A DNA stretch of 64,000 bases from Chrysomallon squamiferum (Eukaryota; Animalia; Mollusca), in NCBI GenBank assembly GCA_012295275.1, contig CM022672.1, positions 5,518,001 to 5,582,000 of the forward strand, written 5' to 3'. Of this stretch, positions 55,949 through 64,000 are shown piece after piece (position 1 is the stretch's first letter; each line of letters opens with the position of its first letter). The notes beneath the pieces are model-generated. The model searched no databases. It had not been told where the DNA came from and saw only the letters and a list, made by a program, of their open reading frames with translations. Both the position numbers and the translations under genes were made by a program.

Positions 55949-57654
55949 CCATTTATCAACAAACTTACAAAAAGCGAGCTGGACTGAATACTATATAAAA
56001 ACAAAACAGTGTATTTGCAGTGAATTAAAAAATTGCTAAACAAAAGATTTATCTTACAAAATATATGTCAAAAGAACAGTCTGTGTGTGTTCAAAAAGGC
56101 TGAGATTGAATGGACATATGTCAGTTTACAAAAAGAAAAAACTCCAGTTCTGAACAATCGTAATATAATATGTTAAGGTTTTTATTTAATTTTTTTTTAT
56201 GAATACTTAAATGAAAAGCACCAAATATCCTTTTTATGTGTAAAGTATTGTATTGTGGTAAAAGAAAAGTCTTCCAGCGTTTTTCATGCATGTTTCAGTG
56301 AAATTCTTGTTTAGTTTTGTTTTTCTCTTGGAATGTTTATGTAAATAGAATATTTTGTGTAATGACATTTTTGTTTCTTGAAATGATGAAGTTTGAAAGA
56401 AATGAAATATTCTTATATTCATTTATTAATCATTCATCAGTTGGGAATACAGGTCACTTCTGGCAAGTTTTCATTGGAAATCTTCATTGTCAAGGACATG
56501 ATCTCAGGGAAAAATAAAAAAAAAAAAACAAGTTTTGTTCTTATTTTTTTTATTGTAAATAAGAAATGGTAAAAACAATTTGTTATCACATTTCTGAAAG
56601 ACAGTTCAACTGCAGTATAAAAATATTCAGTTGATTGTACATTTGCAAACTCGTTATTAATTATCATTTTATAGGTTTTCTGTTTATTTGCACAACGTAT
56701 AATACAGAAATAAATAAAATTAACTTAAAAGTCATAAACAAAATTTGTACATTCAGACACATGCATACACAAACACAGTTATAGAAAAATATTCATTTGA
56801 TTGCACATTTTCAAACTGATTGTTATTTATTATTTTCATGTGTTTCTAATTATTCAACAAAAGAATAATACTGAAATAAAGTAAGTTAATTTGAAAATCA
56901 TCACTGAAATGTTCAGGTGCAAGCAGAAACAGTTACAGAATGTACACAACACTACTAATCAAAAATAATTATTTCAGTGAATATGAAAGTGGTACTTCGT
57001 AAGCACACTTTAAAAAACTATACATAAAAATAAACACTTTATTGTTTTATTTATTTGTCTTTTACTGATGCTGAAAATAACTGAAATATGAAATAAAAAA
57101 AAAAAAAAAAAATTTGAACAATGGAAGACAAAAAGGAAACAGAAAATAGGCAAAAGAACAAACAGTAACAAGGAATAGTTTATTTTTCTTACATACTTAA
57201 GATTTTTGTGACAAATGAGTAAACAATGAGAAAGTCTTGACACAGAAAAAACTTGGTTTTTTATCCTGCAGACTGGAATGTAGTTTGTGTAAAAAATACA
57301 TTGAAACAAATTTTTTCTTAACAACCAAAGTATCTGGAGTGAATAATAGGCACCAGAAAACCTATATATATATGTTTTTATTTTTTAAATTAACTGCACA
57401 TTGGAATGTAATTGGTGTAAAACATATATTGAAACAATATTAACAAATTAATGAGTAAATAACGACAAGATCTGAACCAGAGAAACTTTTTCTTATCAAC
57501 TGCAGTTTGGAATGAAGTTTTTGTAAAACAAAATTTATTTTTCTTAACTACCAAAGTATGATACAAAGAACAAGCAATTAATGACCCATTCCTTTTTTTT
57601 CTCTCTCTCTCTTTTTTACATTAATAGTATCAAATATTAATTTGTGATGATAAT

Positions 57655-57810
57655 GTGAGAGACAAAATCTGCTTTTGGATGATGGGCTATTTTTTTTTAA
57701 TAACAACAAGGGATCTTTTTTAAGCAAAACACTTGCAGGAATGAAAATAAACAATAACTACACTGACAGGAATAGACCCAGTGACCTCTGTTTCAAGTCA
57801 GCTACATCTG
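57655..57810 (-). mobile_element. Decayed dispersed SINE-like repeat; related copies near 24150-24220 (+) and 47030-47240 (-)
   Basis: Shared core TAAAAGATCCCTTGCTGTTAAT (24187-24208) appears reverse-complemented at 57699-57719 and, more degenerately, at 47078-47100. Confidence 0.5.
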
Positions 57811-58686
57811 ATGCTCAGTAAAGTACTAAAGAAATGCATTTTGATACTCCGTGTAATAAATGAGAAATATATTATAAAAAAAAATATAAAAAAAATAAAA
57901 ATAAAAATATTTATAACACAGATTTAATACAATTTGTTACAAGAAAAGCAGTGATATGTAATAGAACACAGATAAATGCAAATGTTGATGGTGATTAATT
58001 CTATTAGATTTTTACCCTATTTGTTTTAAATTCCAAATAATGTCAAGTAATAGTTGAAACCATATAAATTATTACAAGATGCATTGTTTTGGGGTCTACA
58101 GACAAAAGTGAAAATATTAACTAAAATAAAAGTATAGAGATATTTATTAATTAAACGAAAAAAAAAATTCATGTAGATATAACCATCTTGTGTATCTATA
58201 TCTTGTCTTTAACATTATGTTTGTAATATAAAATTAATTATATCTGTTATGAAGTGTACAGAAAAGAAAATATAAGAACCATTACTACAAAACTACATTT
58301 TTAACAATATGAACACACACACACACACACACACGTCACACATTAGTACCAAAGTTGTAATCATTGTCTTCAACATTACATCTAATATTATATAATTATA
58401 ACTAAAACTAATAATATATTATTAAAACTCTCTAAAATTACTACTTTTACGGTATGCACATGTATATTAAAATTGTTGAAACATATCTTCGACATCAAAA
58501 TTGTAATATTAAATTGTTATAAAATGTGTACAAAAATATATACCTTTATTTGAAAAAGAAAAAAAAGTCAAGAATTACTCTTTTAATGATATAAACACAT
58601 ACATTAATAACATTAAGTTATTGAAAGCTGTCTTCAACATTAAATTTGAAACTGTAAGTTGTATTATTATAAATGTAATATAATGA

Positions 58687-58724
<38 letters not shown>

Positions 58725-58964
58725 ACTGTATACATATTAAAAAATCTTACTGCTTGAGGTTGTCCAACAATCAACATTAACAAGACTTACAGTACAACAG
58801 GAGGTGGGATATTACAAGAATAATTTTGTTACGGAATCTGAGTACAGATGTATGGGCAAAATCTTTTTTTTGCTGCAAGTCAGAATTTTCATTTCTTGTT
58901 TTATTTTTCTCTTAACAGTAAGTTAGGTTAGACCTGTAATTTTTGAAAACAAACAGCAATACAA

Positions 58965-58995
<31 letters not shown>

Positions 58996-59871
58996 AATTA
59001 AATACGTATACATACATATATCAAATGATAATAATAACACTAAAACAATTTTAAATTAACAACAGAGGAGTTCTGTACCATTTGCTAGCTCTAGTAAAGT
59101 ACAAAATATTCATTTAACGGATAAACAATGAAAACATTTCTAAAAATAATTATTAAATTAATAACTCTTTTAACTGAAGAAAGATTTCTTTCATTTTAAA
59201 ATCACTAAAAAGCTGATTTATGAAAAGTATCAGTATAACTGATTTTGATGTGACAGTCCACCAAAATACAAAAATGTGGGTATGTCTTAATTGCTTTGAC
59301 ACAATTTAACCCTTTTGAATACAACCTAAAAAATTATGAATATACTTAAATATGTTTCATGACAAAAAACAAACTTAACAATGTATAAAAAATTAAACAA
59401 CAAAAACAAAGCAAACAAAATAAAAAACAATTCACAGTAACAATGAAATATAAAAATAATAATTGAAACCAATTGATTAAAATCAACAAAGGTAAAAATA
59501 CATATAAAAGATAAAAAATGCTGTTATTAGTAGTAAATAAATATAATTATTTTTAAAATTAGGTACTTGATAATCTAGTCCATTAGAATTTTTATATTCT
59601 GATCAATTCCTCTCCTTTTTTGTTTGTTGAAAAAACCTCTCACACTTTCATTACAAAATAAGTTCGGGATCTATTTCATTGATCTGGTTAGTGTATTCTA
59701 AATATCTAAATGTGTTGTAGATTTATACATTTATTTGAAAATACTGTTCACAACTAACACTTTTCTACTGGAGTAGTTTCACATTACTGTTAACAAATAT
59801 TCTTAATTTATTTCATGTTGATGCTGCTCATTGTAGACATGGATTTGTTGAAATTAATTATAGCCTGATAT

Positions 59872-60368
59872 TTCTTTATTTTAACTTCCAAAACATTTGT
59901 TGCCTGGTAAATCAAGTTCATTCTTTATTTTAACTTCCAAAACATTTGTTGCCTGGTAAATCAAGTTCGTTCTTTATTTTAACTTCCAAAACATTTGCTG
60001 CCTGGTAAATCAAGTTCATTCTTTATTTTAACTTCCAATACATTTGTTACCTGGTAAATCAAGTTCATTCTTTATTTTAACTTCCAATACATTTGTTGCC
60101 TGGTAAATCAAGTTCGTTCTTTATTTTAACTTCCAATACATTCATTGCCTGGTAAATCAAGTTTGTTCTTTAACTTCCAATACATTCGTTGCCTGGTAAA
60201 TCAAGTTTGTTCTTTATTTTAACTTCCAATACATTCATTGCCTGGTAAATCAAGTTCGTTCTTTATTTTAACTTCCAATACATTTGTTGCCTGGTAAATC
60301 AAGTTCATTCTTTATTTTAACTTCCAATACATTCATTGCCTGGTAAATCAAGTTCGTTCTTTATTTTA
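59872..60368. repeat. 49-bp minisatellite (~10 copies) overlapping the 3' end of the DEP-gene exon
   Basis: Unit TTCTTTATTTTAACTTCCAATACATTTGTTGCCTGGTAAATCAAGTTCA. Confidence 0.95.
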
Positions 60369-61503
60369 TCAATTAACTTCTTTGGCAACTGTTCCATGAA
60401 ATCTTTAGCAAGCCAGTCATAGTGCTTTCTTCTGTACAGAATGGTCAACAAACACATTGGAGTTATCTTTCTTTGAAAGCACTCTTCTATCAAACGAGCT
60501 GTCTCTTTGCAGAGGTGGAATTTTCTGAACTTTTTGGAATGTTGTTCAAGGAAATCTTCCAGTGAGGAAGAGATGTGTGAGGTTTCCAATACAGCGCTGG
60601 GAGTGACACAGTAAAAATGGACGCTGCTGTCTACAAATGGTGAATCCTCAAACGAGGTAGACATATTAACTGACGACATACTGTCAAAGCCAGAGTTAGA
60701 AACTGATGAATGACGTAAAGAATGTGGAATCTGGAGGGCAGATGTGTCTTCTGCTTGGTTACTATCTTGACAAGATGGCTGACGATCCACTGCTTTGGAA
60801 TTAGCACTAAAATTCAGTTGATTAAAATGTCTCTTTACAGAATTCTCTTCCTCGTCATCCTTTTTAAGACTGTCCTCATCATCATCGTTGTACCTGTACA
60901 GATACTGCGTAGAGCTGTGTCTGTGGAGGATCACAGATGGATACCCAACATCACCGACACTAGAACACAACTCTTCTTCCTCTGAATCTGAAAATTAAAA
61001 AACAACATACACATTCACTAGTGTTGTGTGTGTGTGTGTGTGTGTCTGTGTGTCTGTGTATATATATTTATGTCTGTGTAAAGTTATCTTAGTAGCAGCA
61101 AGACAGAACTTTCATTGCTCATTTTGTTTTTCTCTTAACAGTAAGTTAGGTTAGACCTGTAATTTTTGAAAACACACATGTAAACACACCTGAAGATGGT
61201 CTTGCATCCATACATACATACACAAACCTTTACATACAGATCATGTTGAAATAAAATCACAGACATAAGAATATCAACATTTGAAGTAAGTAAAAAGCTA
61301 AAGACAAATCTGTCACCTGCATCGTCGACATCAGCAATCAAGTGTTTATCAAGTAAACTCTGTGCCACACTGACAGCTGCATCTCGGTAAAATGGATGAC
61401 TGCTTTCTGACAGAGAAGGTTCTGGAAATGAATCAGTCAGAATGAAAGAATTTCATCTTGACTGCTACATATTTATTTCTTTTTCTTCCTCTGCTTATAT
61501 CTA

Positions 61504-61539
<36 letters not shown>

Positions 61540-63777
61540 ATAATCATTAAAATTCAATTACTGTCAAAAATATGGATGGTAAATTTGTCAATACATTTTA
61601 GAACAGGGTAGCAATCTGAAATGTGCATAACAATTCCTAGCATGTCACTGAATGAAATATTCACTACATACAGACACACACACACAGAGATAATTCCTCA
61701 TTAATTAAAACACAACAACAACAACAACTGATATTTACCAATCTGACTGAAGAGTTCTCTGTGCTGAAGAATCCAGTTGACTAGATCAGAACCAGAGAAA
61801 CTTTTTCTCATCAGCTGTAGATTGGAGTGTATTTTTTGTAAAATGTGTGCAGGCACTGCTGATGTCGCTGTTGCTGATGAAATAGATGTACTGATGTCAT
61901 CAACCGTGCAGTACTACCAACATGTTTAAAAAATTAAAAAAACATTACATAAACAATAGCTCAAAACATTTTTACTATCATTAATTATTATATGTTGCAC
62001 AAATTGTTTCAAGTACATCAGTAATGATACATGAATATAGACAGACTACAGTTATTATTAGTAGTATCTTTCCTATGTACCTTCTCATACCCTGGATGAT
62101 ACCCTTAACCCTTTGTACATCAATATACAGACTACAGTTATTATTAGTAGTATCTTTCCTACATACCTTCTCATACACTGGATGATACCCTTAACCCTTT
62201 GTACATCAATATACAGACTACAGTTATTATTAGTAGTATCTTTCCTACATACCTTCTCATACCCTGGATGATACCCTTAACCCTTTGTACATCAATATAC
62301 AGACTACAGTTATTATTAGTAGTATCTTTCCTACATACCTTCTCATACCCTGGATGATACCCTTAACCATTTGTACATCAATATACAGACTACATCTATT
62401 ATTAGTAGTATCTTTCATACACATATATTTTTACTGGGCTATTTCCCAATCCAGCCTGTGTCTCATAACTAGTTTAAACTGGTTTGAAGTTTCAATTAGA
62501 CTGGACTCCAAGCCCATCACAAACTCAGTAATTAGACTAAAACCTCTTTGTATCACAGGATTGGAATATTTACTAATTCCCATTCCAACCAATGTCTTAT
62601 AATTAGTTTATTAAACACTGCATAGTATATTCTTTCTTGTCTTTGGTATGAAGCTTACAAAATGCTTTATGAAATTTGTTTTTTCAAAAATGGTTTATTT
62701 TATGATCAGAGCATGTTTCCATTCTGAAGAACTTAGGCTTTCTTCTAAAAAAAAAAAAAAAAAAGATCAAAATATAGAAAATAATACAAAACTGACCTTC
62801 ACAAGTCCAGAGTAAACAGCAAGAAGTTGACTGGTTGACAGGGTAAACAACTGCAGTTGAAAGATTACAGCATTCTGAAACAATACGCAAACACAGGATA
62901 CACCATTATTTTATACAGAGAGCAACTGTTAAATCTCTGTGATGATGTGGTAATGTTCTATATGCAAATGAAATATAATTCAATTATAAACAAAACCTTC
63001 TGTGACAAATTCAAATCTGTCATGCACACTCACATATACAGATTTAAATCCATACTTAACATCTGCACATTTAAAGAAAGCCTTAAGAATAAAATGGTAC
63101 AGATGCTAAATGTTTTGTTGCTGTAATTTTTTCTTAAGTTATAATTGATGATTTATCTGAATCACTCTTTAATGTGAATTCTTCTGAATTAATTAAGCTG
63201 GGGAAGTAGTGGATATCAATTCTTTTCTTTCTTTTTTCAAAAAAATATATTATTACTTTATTTATTTCTGTACTTATTTATGTATGTATGTATGTATATA
63301 ATATATATTTTGCTTATTTATTTATGTGTGTATTTATTTATTTAAAGGAAGTGAAGATAAAAAATAAAAAAAACTCACTGCCTGTGATAAAAGAAGACTT
63401 CGACTGATTCCATTTTTGTAGTTGTTGATAAAGTGAATCAGATACTGAAAACAGAAACCTCACAAAAATCAGTTTTGTTATTTTAACCTGTAAGTAAAAT
63501 CTAAACAACAATTTAAATAACTATTTCTAAAGGTGTTACAAATGTCTTGTTATAAAAATTAGAATACTTAATTTTTTTAGATTGTTTAAAAAATTTGTGA
63601 GAATTTCTGGGAATTTTAGAATCACTATTTTTTTTTTTAAACAGTATTCAATGTTTTAAATTTTTTCAAAACAAAACTTTTTTTTTTATATGATAAAAGT
63701 AAATAAATTTTAAATTCTTTTTCTTTTTTTATCCATGTGTGTGTGTGAATGCAGTGGATGTCTTTACGTGTGTATGA

Positions 63778-63847
<70 letters not shown>

Positions 63848-63947
63848 CTAATTTAATACTTACAGCAATGGAATGAATCAAACGTTTTGCTTTTAGCATT
63901 AAAAATATATCTTCTGCTTTCAATTTTGCTGTCTCCTTTTCAAAATC
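60317..63947 (-). CDS. 3' part of a DEP-domain-containing protein (5' end outside the window). Exons 63947-63864, 63444-63379, 62850-62797, 61913-61739, 61421-61317, 60987-60317
   Basis: Phase-consistent GT-AG chain encodes RKSFSGSDLVNWILQH...RDAAVSVAQSLLDKHLIADV...YLYRYNDDD, matching the DEP pattern F.GSDLV.W / R..AV...Q.LL....I..V / LYRF. Confidence 0.75.
62035..62420. repeat. 86-bp minisatellite (~4.4 copies), intronic
   Basis: Unit begins AGACTACAGTTATTATTAGTAGTATCTTTCC and recurs every 86 bp (62043, 62129, ...). Confidence 0.95.
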
Positions 63948-64000
63948 CTGCAAAACAAAAAAAAAAACATATCTGAAAAAAGAAAAAAATCATTTGGAAA

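Noticed and set aside
56580-56950. Degenerate ~170-bp tandem duplication
   Set aside because: Real but an ordinary old intergenic duplication with no coding or structural signal.

Overview
AT-rich, intron-dense animal genomic DNA, probably a lophotrochozoan and tentatively a gastropod mollusc (judged from the gene set and repeat style, not proven). Seven spliced genes can be reconstructed by eye. In order: ABHD14-like hydrolase (+), whose last intron holds a 2.85-kb decayed Sola2-like DNA transposon with ~620-bp inverted repeats; a divergent Ro60/TROVE2 lacking the MIDAS motif (-); V-ATPase subunit G (+), head-to-head with Ro60; Drosha (-, ~27 exons); two tandem Cys-less ('Pro-loop') pentameric ligand-gated ion channel paralogs (+); and the 3' part of an unrecognised DEP-domain gene (-). 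The best candidate for new biology is the channel pair. Both subunits lack a Cys-loop disulfide and a visible signal peptide, have only phase-0 introns and have basic tails after M4, which suggests an inverted, cytosol-sensing channel. Other oddities are minisatellites seeded at exon 3' ends and a Drosha dsRBD exon overwritten by repeat motifs (possibly an assembly artefact). Exon coordinates were read manually and may be off by a few bases.
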